Source of the DNA: Candidatus Acidiferrum sp. | Lineage (GTDB): Bacteria > Verrucomicrobiota > Verrucomicrobiia > Limisphaerales > UBA8199 | Direction of reading: 5' to 3' | NCBI GenBank assembly: GCA_035541055.1 | Contig: DATKNZ010000297.1 | Coordinates: 46-64,045 of the forward strand | Length of the DNA: 64,000 nucleotides | Part shown: piece after piece, positions 1 to 9,200 of the stretch | Position numbering within the stretch: position 1 is the stretch's first letter | Layout of the letters: the number at the start of each line of letters is the position of its first letter | The notes under the pieces: model-generated | Seen by the model: only the letters and a program-made list of their open reading frames with translations | What the model was told of the DNA's origin: nothing | The model's database searches: none | Made by a program: the position numbers and the translations under genes

Positions 1-1482
1 CACGGGCACAACAACGTGAACGGCGCTGTCATCTTCCCCCACAACATCGGGTTGGGCGCCACGCGCGACCCGGCGCTGGTCGAGGAGGCGGCGCACGTCA
101 CGGCGCTGGAAGTCGCCGGGACGGGCATCCATTGGACGTTCGCGCCGTGTGTAGCGGTGGCGCAGAACATTTGCTGGGGCCGGACATACGAGAGCTTCAG
201 TGAGGACCCGGCGCTGGTGGCGGACATGGGCGCGGCGGCGGTGCGCGGGTTTCAACGCCCGCTGCCCCAGGGCAACATTGTCATGGCCTGCGCCAAGCAT
301 TACCTGGCGGACGGCGGCACGCAGGGCGGGGTTGACCAGGGCGACGCCGTCTGCAGCGAGGACACGCTGCGGGCGGTGCATCTGCCGCCCTACATCGCGA
401 CGGTGAACGCGGGGGTGAAGTCGGTCATGGTGTCCTACAGCAGTTGGAACGGCCAGAAGATGAGTGGCAACCGTTACCTGCTGACCGACGTGCTCAAGCG
501 CGAGCTGGGGTTCAGGGGCATCGTCATCAGTGACTGGGCGGCCATTGACCAGATCTCACCGGATTACAAGAGCGACATCGAGAGGTCCATTAACGCCGGG
601 ATGGACATGGTCATGATCCCGCGCGGCCCCGGCAAGACGAACAACTACGTCGAGTTCATCAGGGACCTGAAGCAGTTGGTCGCGGAAGGAAAGGTGCCGC
701 TGTCGCGGATTGACGACGCGGTGCGACGTATCCTGCGCGTGAAGTTCGAAGTCGGGCTGTTCGAGCACCCGTATGCCGATCCGGAGTTGGTGAACACGGT
801 CGGCTCCGCCGAGCACCGGGCGGTGGCCCGCCAGTGCGTGCGGGAATCCCTGGTGGTGCTCAAGAACGAGACCCGTGTGTTGCCCCTTTCCAAGCGGCTG
901 AGGCAACTGGCGGTGGTCGGCCAGGCGGCGGATGACCTCGGGATTCAGTGTGGCGGCTGGACAATCACCTGGCAGGGGCATCCCGGCGAGGTGATCACCG
1001 GCGGCACGACCCTCCTGGCCGCGATCCGCAAGACCGTAAGCCCCCTGATGAAAGTCACCTTCTCTGCCTCCGGCACCAACATCGCGAAGGCCGACGCGGT
1101 GGTGGTCGTGCTCGGCGAGCAGCCCTACGCGGAGGGCAAAGGAGATCGCAAAGACCTGCGCCTGTCCGAAGCCGACCAGGCCCTGGTGCAGCGGGCGAAG
1201 CAAACGGGCGCACCGGTCATAACGATCCTGTTCTCTGGCCGTCCGCTCGTCCTGGGTCCGGCCCTGGATGCGAGCAAAGCGTTTGTGGCCGCCTGGCTCC
1301 CTGGCACGGAAGGCCAGGGCATTGCCGATGTGCTCTTCGGCGACTACAAGCCCACGGGCAAGCTCCCCCGCACCTGGCCGCGAGACAATCAGCAGGCGAC
1401 GGCGTCCTCTCTCTTTCCTTACGGTTTTGGGCTGACGTATGCCGGTGCCCAGCAGAGGCAGGTGGTCGGGGCGGGCCAGTAA
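1..1482 (+). CDS. Glycoside hydrolase family 3 beta-glucosidase-like enzyme (5' end cut by window edge)
   Basis: Frame 1 is open from nt 1 (HGHNNVNG...). GH3-type motifs: [31 protein letters not shown] (SDW nucleophile context). Stop at 1480-1482. Confidence 0.85.
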   Translation, partial: HGHNNVNGAVIFPHNIGLGATRDPALVEEAAHVTALEVAGTGIHWTFAPCVAVAQNICWGRTYESFSEDPALVADMGAAAVRGFQRPLPQGNIVMACAKHYLADGGTQGGVDQGDAVCSEDTLRAVHLPPYIATVNAGVKSVMVSYSSWNGQKMSGNRYLLTDVLKRELGFRGIVISDWAAIDQISPDYKSDIERSINAGMDMVMIPRGPGKTNNYVEFIRDLKQLVAEGKVPLSRIDDAVRRILRVKFEVGLFEHPYADPELVNTVGSAEHRAVARQCVRESLVVLKNETRVLPLSKRLRQLAVVGQAADDLGIQCGGWTITWQGHPGEVITGGTTLLAAIRKTVSPLMKVTFSASGTNIAKADAVVVVLGEQPYAEGKGDRKDLRLSEADQALVQRAKQTGAPVITILFSGRPLVLGPALDASKAFVAAWLPGTEGQGIADVLFGDYKPTGKLPRTWPRDNQQATASSLFPYGFGLTYAGAQQRQVVGAGQ

Positions 1483-1486
1483 GGGC

Positions 1487-1764
1487 GGAAATCCGAAATC
1501 CGAAGGCCGAAGGCCGAAAGAAGGCCGAATCCCGAAGGCCGAACCGGAGGTACCTCGGTGGTCTTTGAATGGAAGTTGGGAACATCCAACATCCAACATC
1601 GAACATCCAACATCCAATGGCTCACGCCGCGGCGTCGGTTGGATGTTGGATGTTCGATGTTGGATGTTGGATGTTGGATGTTCCGCTGCCGCGTTGGCCA
1701 ACGGCGCCTTCGGGTTTCGCTCTTCGGGCTTGTTTCGGCCTTCGGCCTTCGGATTTCGGATTTC
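1487..1764. repeat. Nested composite palindrome of tandem heptamers (outer GAAnnCC arms, inner CAACATC arms)
   Basis: Outer arms 1487-1519 (ggaaatccgaaatccgaaggccgaaggccgaaa) vs 1733-1764 (reverse complement). Inner arms 1578-1620 (gggaacatccaacatccaacatcgaacatccaacatccaatgg) vs 1638-1685. Starts 5 nt after the GH3 stop. The inner core recurs at 61515-61612. Confidence 0.85.
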
Positions 1765-1856
1765 TGGCTCCCTTTCCACTTCTGCTGTAGCCGCGCAACA
1801 AAAAGCCCTCCCATACCGCACCATGCGGCAGGGAGGGCTGCGGAGGCGGAAAGTGC

Positions 1857-3392
1857 TTAGCCGACTTTGGTCTCGTCAACCACGACGTAGTGGCTGCCGC
1901 CATTGCTCCAGATGCGCAGGAGCGTCACCTTGTCCTTCGGGTGCTCGGTCAGCTTCACCGCTTCTTCGGCGTTGGTGACCGGGTGCCGGTTGATGGACTC
2001 GATCACGTCACCCTGCTTGAGCCCGGCTTCGGCGGCGGGGCTGTCCGGCTGGACTTCGGTGATGACCGCGCCTTTGACCGTTTCGGGCAGTTTCAATTGC
2101 TCGCGGGTCTGCGCGTCGAGGTCGCTCACAGCCACGCCGTTGAGGGTGCCGTTGTCAGGCGCATTCGGGGTGTTGTTCTGGGCCAGTTGCTCGGTCCCGG
2201 GCAGTTGGCCCACGGTGACCTCGAGGGTCTTGGTCGAGCCGTCGCGCAGGATCTTTACCGGCACCTTGTGGCCGGGCTGGGTCTCACTCACATCCATGCG
2301 GAGGCGATGGCTGTCCGATACCTTCCTGCCATTGTATTCGAGCACGACGTCGCCGTCCTTGAACCCGGCTTTGTCCGCGGGGCCCTTGGGCACAACATCG
2401 CCCACGAGCGCGCCACGGTTGTCATTGAGCTTGAACTCCTTTGCCAGGGCCGGCGTGACGTCCTGGATCATAACGCCCAGGTAACCGCGCACCACCTTGC
2501 CCTCGCTGATCAGGCTGCCCATGACGTCCCGGGCGAGGTCAGAGGGAATGGCGAAGCCGATGCCCTGGTTGCCCCCGCTGCGGCTGTAGATGGCCGTGTT
2601 GATGCCGATCAGGCGTCCTTCGACGTCCACCAGCGCCCCGCCGGAGTTGCCGGGATTGATTGCGGCATCCGTCTGGATGAAGTCCTCGTAGTCCTCGATG
2701 CCGAGGTTGCCGCGGCCGGTGGCGCTGACGATGCCGGTGGTGACGGTCTGGCCGACACCGAACGGATTGCCCACCGCCAGCACCACATCGCCCACCTGCA
2801 CCTTGTCGCTGTCCGCCAGCGGCACGACCGGCAGGTCCTTGGCGTTAATCTTGATCACCGCGATGTCGGACTTGGGATCGCGGCCAATGACCTTGGCCGT
2901 GAACTCGCGTCCATCCTGGAGCGTGACCTTCACGTCCGTGGCGCCGTCCACCACGTGATTGTTGGTGAGAATGTAACCGTCCTTGGTGACGATGACGCCC
3001 GAGCCCAGGCCGTGCTGGAGCGGGGCGTTGAACTGCCGGTTGGGCATCTGATTGCCGAACTGGTCGCCAAAGAAGTGCCGCCAGAAGGGATCCGAGAAGC
3101 CAAAGCCCTCTGGCATGTTCACATGGGCGGCCTTGCTGGTGACGAGCACCTTAACCACGGCGGGGGCCACTTTCTTCACGATCGGGGAGAAGCTGGTGTA
3201 AGGTCCCGCCTGCCGCTGCAGCGGCGTTTCGTCCACCTCCACTTTCACCGGGGGCGAGTCTTTGGGCTTGTTGCTGGCCAGGTGGTCAATGGCCAGGGCC
3301 GACCCGGCCACCAATATCGAGGCGGTCATTCCCAGCATGAACCGCCGGGTGTTGCGTTGATTGAACATTCTCTTCATAGGTTTGTGTTGCAC
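1857..3392 (-). CDS. htrA: Periplasmic serine endoprotease DegP/HtrA (Do family), two PDZ domains
   Basis: N-terminal hydrophobic signal-like segment. Triad contexts TNNHVV, DIAVIK, NPGNSGGALV. Two PDZ-like C-terminal segments. 511 aa. Confidence 0.9.
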   Translation of the reverse strand: MQHKPMKRMFNQRNTRRFMLGMTASILVAGSALAIDHLASNKPKDSPPVKVEVDETPLQRQAGPYTSFSPIVKKVAPAVVKVLVTSKAAHVNMPEGFGFSDPFWRHFFGDQFGNQMPNRQFNAPLQHGLGSGVIVTKDGYILTNNHVVDGATDVKVTLQDGREFTAKVIGRDPKSDIAVIKINAKDLPVVPLADSDKVQVGDVVLAVGNPFGVGQTVTTGIVSATGRGNLGIEDYEDFIQTDAAINPGNSGGALVDVEGRLIGINTAIYSRSGGNQGIGFAIPSDLARDVMGSLISEGKVVRGYLGVMIQDVTPALAKEFKLNDNRGALVGDVVPKGPADKAGFKDGDVVLEYNGRKVSDSHRLRMDVSETQPGHKVPVKILRDGSTKTLEVTVGQLPGTEQLAQNNTPNAPDNGTLNGVAVSDLDAQTREQLKLPETVKGAVITEVQPDSPAAEAGLKQGDVIESINRHPVTNAEEAVKLTEHPKDKVTLLRIWSNGGSHYVVVDETKVG

Positions 3393-3477
3393 GTTTGTTT
3401 TCCGTCTGGTTATTGGAGCGTTCGAGACCTAACGGGGACCTTTCCCATTCATTACAGATTTGTAAGCAATTAGTGCT

Positions 3478-3550
3478 GGGTCTTGGGGCTAAAGTCTTGA
3501 GCCCGCATTGGCCGGCGAGGGCTCAAGACTTTAGGCCCGAGACTCAAGAC
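3478..3550. repeat. Family-B hairpin element (GTCTTGAGnC / GnCTCAAGAC heptamer arms)
   Basis: gggtcttggggctaaagtcttgagccc ... gggctcaagactttaggcccgagactcaagac. Related copies at 9046-9125, 15296-15362, 57526-57592 and inside uvrA. Confidence 0.8.
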
Positions 3551-3621
3551 TGGCTCCGCACTCCGTTTGACAAGCAATAGTCCAGGTGCATCTTACTTTA
3601 AGGGCCTGCTTAGGCCCGCTT

Positions 3622-4647
3622 ATGAGAAGCGAAGAGCTAACTTTAGTTCACGAGCCCCGGCCCGGCGATGCCTCGGGCGAGACGCCGGTGACCCCTCCGC
3701 CGCAGCCGGCGCCTTCGGACGCCGCGTTGCTCGACGCCTATTCCCGGGCGGTCGTTGAGGCCGCCGACGAGGTAGGCCTGTCGGTAGTGAAGATCGAGGT
3801 GCTGGGGCGCAACGGCGAGCGGCGCGGCAGCGGTTCAGGCTTCGTGATCACGCCTGACGGCTTCCTGCTGACGAACAGCCACGTGGTTCATGGCGCGGAG
3901 AGGATCGAACTGACCCTGGCCGATGGGCGGCACCCGGACGCACAGGTTGTAGGGGACGACCCGGACACCGACCTGGCGGTCGTGCGCGCCTACGCGCCGC
4001 AGCTCCACCCGGTGCGCCTGGGCGACTCAAAGAGCATCCGCGTGGGGCAGCTTGCCATCGCCATCGGCAATCCTTACGGATTCCAATGCACGGTGACCGC
4101 CGGCGTGGTCAGCGCAGTGGGCCGGTCGTTTCGCGCCAATACGGGGCGGCTGATGGACGATATCATCCAAACCGACGCCGCCTTGAACCCGGGCAACTCG
4201 GGCGGGCCGCTGGTGAATTCCCGCGGGGAGGTCATCGGCGTGAACACGGCGGTGATTCTGCCCGCGCAAGGATTGTGTTTCGCGATAGGCATTGATACGG
4301 CCAAGTACGTTGCCGGCTGGTTGATCAAGGAGGGGCGAATCCGTCGCAGCCATATCGGTGTGGGCGGGCAAAACGTGCCGGTATCGCGGCGGCTGGTGCG
4401 CTATCACAAGCTGGCGGAGGCCAGCGGCGTGCTCGTGATTGCGGTCTCGGCGGGCAGTCCGGCCGCCCGCGCGGGCCTGAAGGAAGGCGACCTCATGGTC
4501 GAATTCAACGGGCAGCCGGTCCCGTCTATTGACGCCCTGCACAAGCTGTTGACCGGGGATCAGATTGGCGCGGCCTCGACGCTGACCGTGCTCCGTGGCG
4601 CTGAGAAGCTCGTGCTCCCGATCACGCCCGAGGAATCGCGGCCCTGA
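3622..4647 (+). CDS. HtrA-like S1C trypsin-type serine protease with a single PDZ domain
   Basis: GSGFVITPDGFLLTNSHVV, DLAVVR, NPGNSGGPLVN. C-terminal PDZ-like SPAARAGLKEGDLMVEFNG. ATG at 3622 preferred; the longer ORF starts at 3586. Confidence 0.8.
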   Translation: MRSEELTLVHEPRPGDASGETPVTPPPQPAPSDAALLDAYSRAVVEAADEVGLSVVKIEVLGRNGERRGSGSGFVITPDGFLLTNSHVVHGAERIELTLADGRHPDAQVVGDDPDTDLAVVRAYAPQLHPVRLGDSKSIRVGQLAIAIGNPYGFQCTVTAGVVSAVGRSFRANTGRLMDDIIQTDAALNPGNSGGPLVNSRGEVIGVNTAVILPAQGLCFAIGIDTAKYVAGWLIKEGRIRRSHIGVGGQNVPVSRRLVRYHKLAEASGVLVIAVSAGSPAARAGLKEGDLMVEFNGQPVPSIDALHKLLTGDQIGAASTLTVLRGAEKLVLPITPEESRP

Positions 4648-4664
4648 TCGGCGCGGCCTGACCC

Positions 4665-4730
4665 GGTAGGGACGCCTCGCCGAGGCGTCCGATCTCGCAG
4701 CGGCGGACGCCTGGGCGAGGCGTCCCTACC
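4665..4730. repeat. Family-A palindromic element (GGTAGGGACGCCTCGCCGAGGCGTCC ... GGACGCC..GGCGTCCCTACC)
   Basis: Seen directly. Related copies at 5796-5863, 11084-11145, 56226-56295, 57632-57696. Confidence 0.85.
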
Positions 4731-4740
4731 CCTGCGGCTT

Positions 4741-5745
4741 TCATGCCGCTGCGGCCAGGGCGGTTGCCTGCCGATCCCGGAGGCGCTCGATCATCTCGGG
4801 GGCGACGCACTTGCTGGTGCGGGTGAGGTCGAGCCGGCGCACGCGCGGCTCGATACATTTGAACAAAGCGGCGACCTCGGCTGCGGGCCGGGCGGACAGG
4901 AGGTAATTCAGGAACAGGAAACGGCCACGCACCACGAGCGTCAGCTCGTCCGCGCGCTGCAGGCCCTGGTCGGTGATCTGATAGAAGGCGTATCCGGTGT
5001 CTTTGAGAAAGGCAGCCCGCTCGCGGTCCATGGGGCCGGTGACTTCCAGGATAATGTCAGGCTTGCGGTTCGCGATCGTTTGGCTGGCGCCGCGCAGGAA
5101 AGCGGGTTCGTGGCCCTCGACATCCACCTTGAGCACCAGGCGACCCGGGCGCGGATGCTGCGCCAGGTAGGCGTCGAGCGTGGTGCGGGGGACCGGGAGC
5201 ACCGGCCCGCGCAGCCCTTCGAAGTCGGCTTCGAGCGAGGCGCTCATGTCCGAAGGGCTGAGGTGCAGGGCGGCCGTGCCTTCGCGGTCAGAGAGCGCGA
5301 GCGCCTCGCAGTGGACACGTTCGAGCTGGTTCGCCTCCAGGTTGGCGCTCAGGCTGCGGAAGTTCTTGGGATTGGGCTCGAAGGCGATGATGTTCAGTTC
5401 GGGCCGGCCCAGCGCGGTGACGATGGTGTAGAAGCCGATGTTCGCGCCCACGTCAATGAACGTGTCGGCATCGCGGACCAGTTGCCCCATGAGGAGCATG
5501 GTGATGGGTTCGTAGTAATCGCCGCCTTTCCAGAATAGCTCAAAGCTGAGGTAGTTCTCGCCCAGGCTGGCCAGCTTGAAGGTGCGGGCGCCCGGCATCT
5601 GCACGCGGACGATGCGCCGGCCGAACCATTCCGGGGAGGTGCGCAGGCCCCAGCGCTTGAGCATCGGCTTGGCGGCGGGAACGCGGTCGCAAAAGCCCAG
5701 CAGGGCAAGGCCGCAGAGCTGCTTGAGGGCGAGCTGCTTGTTCAT
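4741..5745 (-). CDS. FkbM-family SAM-dependent methyltransferase
   Basis: FIDVGANIGFYT and IIAFEPNPKNF motifs typical of FkbM methyltransferases. ATG at 5745 chosen because the longer ORF N-terminus runs into repeat 5796-5863. Confidence 0.65.
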   Translation of the reverse strand: MNKQLALKQLCGLALLGFCDRVPAAKPMLKRWGLRTSPEWFGRRIVRVQMPGARTFKLASLGENYLSFELFWKGGDYYEPITMLLMGQLVRDADTFIDVGANIGFYTIVTALGRPELNIIAFEPNPKNFRSLSANLEANQLERVHCEALALSDREGTAALHLSPSDMSASLEADFEGLRGPVLPVPRTTLDAYLAQHPRPGRLVLKVDVEGHEPAFLRGASQTIANRKPDIILEVTGPMDRERAAFLKDTGYAFYQITDQGLQRADELTLVVRGRFLFLNYLLSARPAAEVAALFKCIEPRVRRLDLTRTSKCVAPEMIERLRDRQATALAAAA

Positions 5746-5795
5746 GCGCCAACCGTCAGGGGAGGCCGGCGCTGGAACAATGGGGTGTTGTACCA

Positions 5796-5863
5796 GGTAG
5801 GGACGCTTCGCCGAGGTAGGGACGCGTTCCACCGCGTCCCTACCTTGGCGAGGCGTCCCTACC
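5796..5863. repeat. Family-A palindromic element
   Basis: ggtagggacgcttcgccgaggtagggacgcgttccaccgcgtccctaccttggcgaggcgtccctacc. Confidence 0.85.
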
Positions 5864-5868
5864 AGAGA

Positions 5869-7035
5869 TCAGTGCGGCCTGACCCCGAGCAGGAGAATCA
5901 CGACGTCTATGATGAAGAGCAGCACGATGGTCACCTCCAGGATCAGCATCCAGCGGTTCGTGCGGTCGTGGTTCAGGAGCTGGTATAAGTCGTCCAGCGT
6001 CTGCAGCTTCTTGTCTATCGTGCGGTGCCAGTCGGACAGGTGGAAGCGGGCGGAGATGTTCTCGTAGATGCGCGCCAGGTGCCAGTCGCCGAAGAACTTG
6101 GTGATGTTGGACAGCTCGTCGCTGAACCGGGCCAGGTCAATGCGGATTTCCCGCAGCTCGCGGAGCGTGCTCTCGCGCCCCCGCATGGCTCGCGCGCTCA
6201 AGTCCCGGTAGGCGCGGTCGAGTGAATCGTCCAGGATGCGGTCATAGGCCTCCAGCTCCGCCAATTGCAGGTTGGCCAGCTCCATGACGTAGAGGGTCTC
6301 GTCGAAGTTCTGTGGCTCGTCCAGGATCAGCGCGGCGTCCCAGTCAATCACGACGAGGTCGTGCTCGTAGTAGCTGAGGAAGCGGCCGGTGGATTCGTCG
6401 GCCTCCTGCTTCGAGAGGTGGTCTATTTCCGGCTCCTGGGTAAGCAGCGAGGCGACGGCGCGGCGATGGCTGCGCCACCAGCTTTCCGCGCTCAGCGCTG
6501 TGCTCTCCGCGCTGAGCAGGGGCGATTCAATGCAGAAGACAGTATAGGCCTCTTCGTCGGCCAGCTCGCGCACCGGCCGCACGTAATGCGAAGCCAGCTC
6601 GCTGCGCACCTCGGAGGCCAGCCGGCGCACTTCCTCGTTGAGCGAGCCGTTGCTGAACTGCAGGTCATGGTAGGCTACGAGATCTTCGATCTGCTGCACC
6701 GCGAAGGGCACGCGCACACTTATGCTGATTGCGCCGACGGGCAGCAGCTTGATGGCGCGCTCGACCCGCACCGGTCCGTTGGGCCCAATCCGCTCCAGGG
6801 GCGGCAGGCGCACCATTTGGGGGCGGTAAAAGAAAAGCTGCCGCGGACTGCGCTTGCTGGAGTCCACCACGAACTGCGCCACCGGCTGGCCCAACAGCTC
6901 CCGGACCGGCTTGCGCGTCATGTCATAGGCCACGTCGAAAGCATAGATATAGACCACCTCACCCGTGTATTGCCTGACTTTCGGTGCGGTCGGCTTTCGC
7001 TCTGGCCCTTTGGATTGTTCCACAGACGCGATCAT
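5869..7035 (-). CDS. Membrane-anchored protein, possibly RMD1/DUF155 family
   Basis: 388-aa ORF with sensible composition and a single C-terminal TM (WMLILEVTIVLLFIIDVVILLLG). The overall pattern (YIYAFDV..., C-terminal helical region) recalls DUF155. The family call is from memory only. Confidence 0.45.
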   Translation of the reverse strand: MIASVEQSKGPERKPTAPKVRQYTGEVVYIYAFDVAYDMTRKPVRELLGQPVAQFVVDSSKRSPRQLFFYRPQMVRLPPLERIGPNGPVRVERAIKLLPVGAISISVRVPFAVQQIEDLVAYHDLQFSNGSLNEEVRRLASEVRSELASHYVRPVRELADEEAYTVFCIESPLLSAESTALSAESWWRSHRRAVASLLTQEPEIDHLSKQEADESTGRFLSYYEHDLVVIDWDAALILDEPQNFDETLYVMELANLQLAELEAYDRILDDSLDRAYRDLSARAMRGRESTLRELREIRIDLARFSDELSNITKFFGDWHLARIYENISARFHLSDWHRTIDKKLQTLDDLYQLLNHDRTNRWMLILEVTIVLLFIIDVVILLLGVRPH

Positions 7036-7239
7036 GCTCCCAGCAACCTACCTTACCCCGGCCGGAAAGTCGAAGCCGGGGCTGAGCGGTGGTCCTAAGT
7101 GCCTAAGCTGACGTAGCTTGGGCGACGTCAATGGCGCGGATGCCCGGCTCGCCTGACCCCCTCTCTGGAGGGAGTAAGGGCCGGGGAATCTTCCTCAAGG
7201 TTAGCTGGTAAAGCTAAGGCGTGTTCCCGGATGGGGCCG

Positions 7240-7281
7240 CGTGTGTCTCCCATGGGGAGCGATCCACATGGGAGACACACG
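7240..7281. repeat. 15-bp stem hairpin
   Basis: cgtgtgtctcccatg (7240-7254) / catgggagacacacg (7267-7281), 12-nt loop, in the 460-bp non-coding gap 7036-7496. Confidence 0.6.
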
Positions 7282-7358
7282 GGGCAATCGCAAGGGTCAG
7301 GCAGGGTCCACGGGGGGCAGCCGGGCCGGTGAGGGCGACCCGCGCCGATGCCCGGACT

Positions 7359-7399
7359 CCCTCTCCCCATCCGATGGGGAGAGGGCTGGGGTGAGGGGC
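7359..7399. repeat. Hairpin repeat ccctctccccat-ccg-atggggagaggg followed by ctggggtgagggg
   Basis: Seen directly. This sequence type commonly produces spurious 'PSPxxGRG'-like ORFs (here ORF 7128..7418 and 7241..7666). Confidence 0.5.
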
Positions 7400-7496
7400 G
7401 ATTTGGCAGCAGTGTCAAATTGCACTCCTCGCCCGGTTGCCCACATCCCGGCGGTTGCGTCCGGGCAACTTAGCTGCTACGAAACCTGCACACATT

Positions 7497-8441
7497 ATGC
7501 AATCCATTCCACTGGGAGTCAGTTCGCTCACGAGCAGCCGGCTGGCGTATGGCTGCTGGCGGGTAGCCGGGACCTGGGACCCTGGGGAAGTCACGCCCGA
7601 AAGCCGGGCCGCGGGCCGGCGCGCCATTCTGGCCGCCTACGAGGCCGGCTACACGCTGTTCGATAACGCCGACATCTACTGCCGCGGCGAGGCCGAGCGC
7701 ATCCTGGGAGCCGTGCTCCAGGAGGTGCCGGAGATGCGCCGCCACGTTCTGATCGTAACCAAGGGCGGCATCCGGGCCGGCGGCGACCCGGATCCCAGCG
7801 CGCCGTCACGGTATGATTTCTCGGCGGCGCACGTCATCAACGCCTGCGAGCAATCGCTCCGCCGCCTGGGCGTCGAGACCATTGACCTCTACCTGCTGCA
7901 TCGCCCCGACTACCTGGCCGACCCGGAGGAGTTGGCGCGCGCCTTCGCGCAACTGCGGGACTCGGGCAAGGTGCGCTATTTCGGCGTAAGCAACTTCCGT
8001 CCGAGCCTGCTGACCGCGCTGCAGGTGGCCTGCCCGATGCCGCTCGTGGCGCACCAGGTGGAGATCAGCCTCGCGAAGCTGGACGCTTTCACCGACGGCA
8101 CCCTGGACCAATGCCTGATCGGGCGCATCACGCCGATGGCCTGGAGCCCCCTGGCTGCGGGGCTGATCGGGGATGGCGCCCGGCAATTGCTGCCGTCGCA
8201 GACCGGCTATCGCCTCGATGGGCTCCTGCCGGCGCTGGAGGGCGTTGCCAAGGCGCGGGGCGCCAGCCGCACCACCATCGCCCTGGCTTGGCTGCTGAAG
8301 CACCCGGCGCGCATTCAGCCGGTCATCGGCTCGACCAACCCGCAACGCATCCGCGAGGCGGTGAAGGCCACGGAGCTGGAACTGACGCGCGAGGAGTGGT
8401 ACCGGCTGCTAATCGCGGCGCGCGGCGAACCGCTCCCTTGA
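7497..8441 (+). CDS. Aldo/keto reductase family oxidoreductase
   Basis: LFDNADIYCRGEAERILG, IDLYLLHRPD, GKVRYFGVSNF. ATG at 7497 (MQSIPLG) preferred over the TTG at 7437. Confidence 0.85.
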   Translation: MQSIPLGVSSLTSSRLAYGCWRVAGTWDPGEVTPESRAAGRRAILAAYEAGYTLFDNADIYCRGEAERILGAVLQEVPEMRRHVLIVTKGGIRAGGDPDPSAPSRYDFSAAHVINACEQSLRRLGVETIDLYLLHRPDYLADPEELARAFAQLRDSGKVRYFGVSNFRPSLLTALQVACPMPLVAHQVEISLAKLDAFTDGTLDQCLIGRITPMAWSPLAAGLIGDGARQLLPSQTGYRLDGLLPALEGVAKARGASRTTIALAWLLKHPARIQPVIGSTNPQRIREAVKATELELTREEWYRLLIAARGEPLP

Positions 8442-9047
8442 ATGGCCGAAGCCGTCAGACCTGAAGCCTGGCGCCTCTTTGTCGCCCTGGCGGTGCCGGA
8501 GGACGTCAAAGGCGAGATCGAGAAGGCCCGCGCCGAGTTGGGCCGCCAGTTGCCCAGGGAGTGCGTGCGCTGGACCCGGCGCGAGCAGTTCCACCTCACC
8601 CTCAAGTTCCTCGGCAACGTGGGCGCCGAACGTGTTCCCCGCTTAACGGAGGCGCTTCGGGCGGCTTGCGGCGGCTTCCCGCCGCTGGAGCTGCGCGCCG
8701 AGCGGGTCGGCTGCTTCCCTGATCTGCGCCGCCCGCGGGTCCTCTGGGTCGGCGTAAGCGATCAACAGGGACAGTTGCCGCCCTTGCAGGAGGCCATCGA
8801 AGCGGCGGTGAAGGAGTACACGGCAGAACAGGCCAGCGAGCGCTTCACCGGCCACGTCACGTTGGGGCGCGTCAAAGAGATGTCCCGCCGGGAGGCCGAC
8901 ATCCTCTCGGGCCTCGCCTCAAGCCTGGGCACGCGCTTCTTCGGCGCCTGGACGGCTGGCGAGGTGCACCTGATGCGGAGCGAGCTATCGCCCGATGGTG
9001 CCCGCCACACGGTCCTGTCCGCCCTCAAACTCGCCGGCCCGCGATGA
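8442..9047 (+). CDS. thpR: RNA 2',3'-cyclic phosphodiesterase (2H phosphoesterase, LigT/ThpR)
   Basis: Two H-x-T-x motifs (HLTLKF and HVTLGR). The ATG directly follows the stop of the upstream reductase (TGAATG). Confidence 0.85.
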   Translation: MAEAVRPEAWRLFVALAVPEDVKGEIEKARAELGRQLPRECVRWTRREQFHLTLKFLGNVGAERVPRLTEALRAACGGFPPLELRAERVGCFPDLRRPRVLWVGVSDQQGQLPPLQEAIEAAVKEYTAEQASERFTGHVTLGRVKEMSRREADILSGLASSLGTRFFGAWTAGEVHLMRSELSPDGARHTVLSALKLAGPR

Positions 9048-9125
9048 GTCTCGCGTCTCGGGTCTAAAGTCTTGAGTCCGCCGTGGCAGGCAGCGACTCA
9101 AGACTTTAGACCCGAGACTCAAGAC
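9046..9125. repeat. Family-B hairpin element
   Basis: gagtctcgcgtctcgggtctaaagtcttgagtc ... gactcaagactttagacccgagactcaagac, with an inner 23 bp of perfect complementarity. Begins inside the thpR stop codon (TGA 9045-9047). Confidence 0.85.
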
Positions 9126-9200
9126 CCAGCCAAACCGCTTGCAATTCGGCGGGGTTGCGGCACTCTGCCGCGCCTTGACGAACTTATTACCAAACCACTC

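Noticed and set aside
1487-1764. Tandem short repeats (also at 61515-61612, 36125-36280 and elsewhere) considered as CRISPR arrays.
   Set aside because: The units are 7 nt with no unique spacers, the arrays are inverted-repeat hairpins, and there are no cas genes in the window.
1890-3473. 527-aa plus-strand ORF antisense to htrA. Similar long antisense ORFs occur at 8985-11012, 16868-18070, 30900-32336, 33326-34840, 35054-36157, 44673-46109, 48156-50207, 53702-55138 and 57579-58418.
   Set aside because: Their composition is Arg/Ala/Gly/His-rich and low-complexity, which is typical of the stop-poor antisense frame in high-GC DNA. In each case the opposite strand encodes a protein with clear family motifs.
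7128-7666. ORFs 7128..7418 (-) and 7241..7666 (+) in the 460-bp gap upstream of the aldo/keto reductase.
   Set aside because: They span hairpin repeats (7240-7281, 7359-7399) and have Pro/Gly/Arg-rich junk composition. The region is treated as non-coding.
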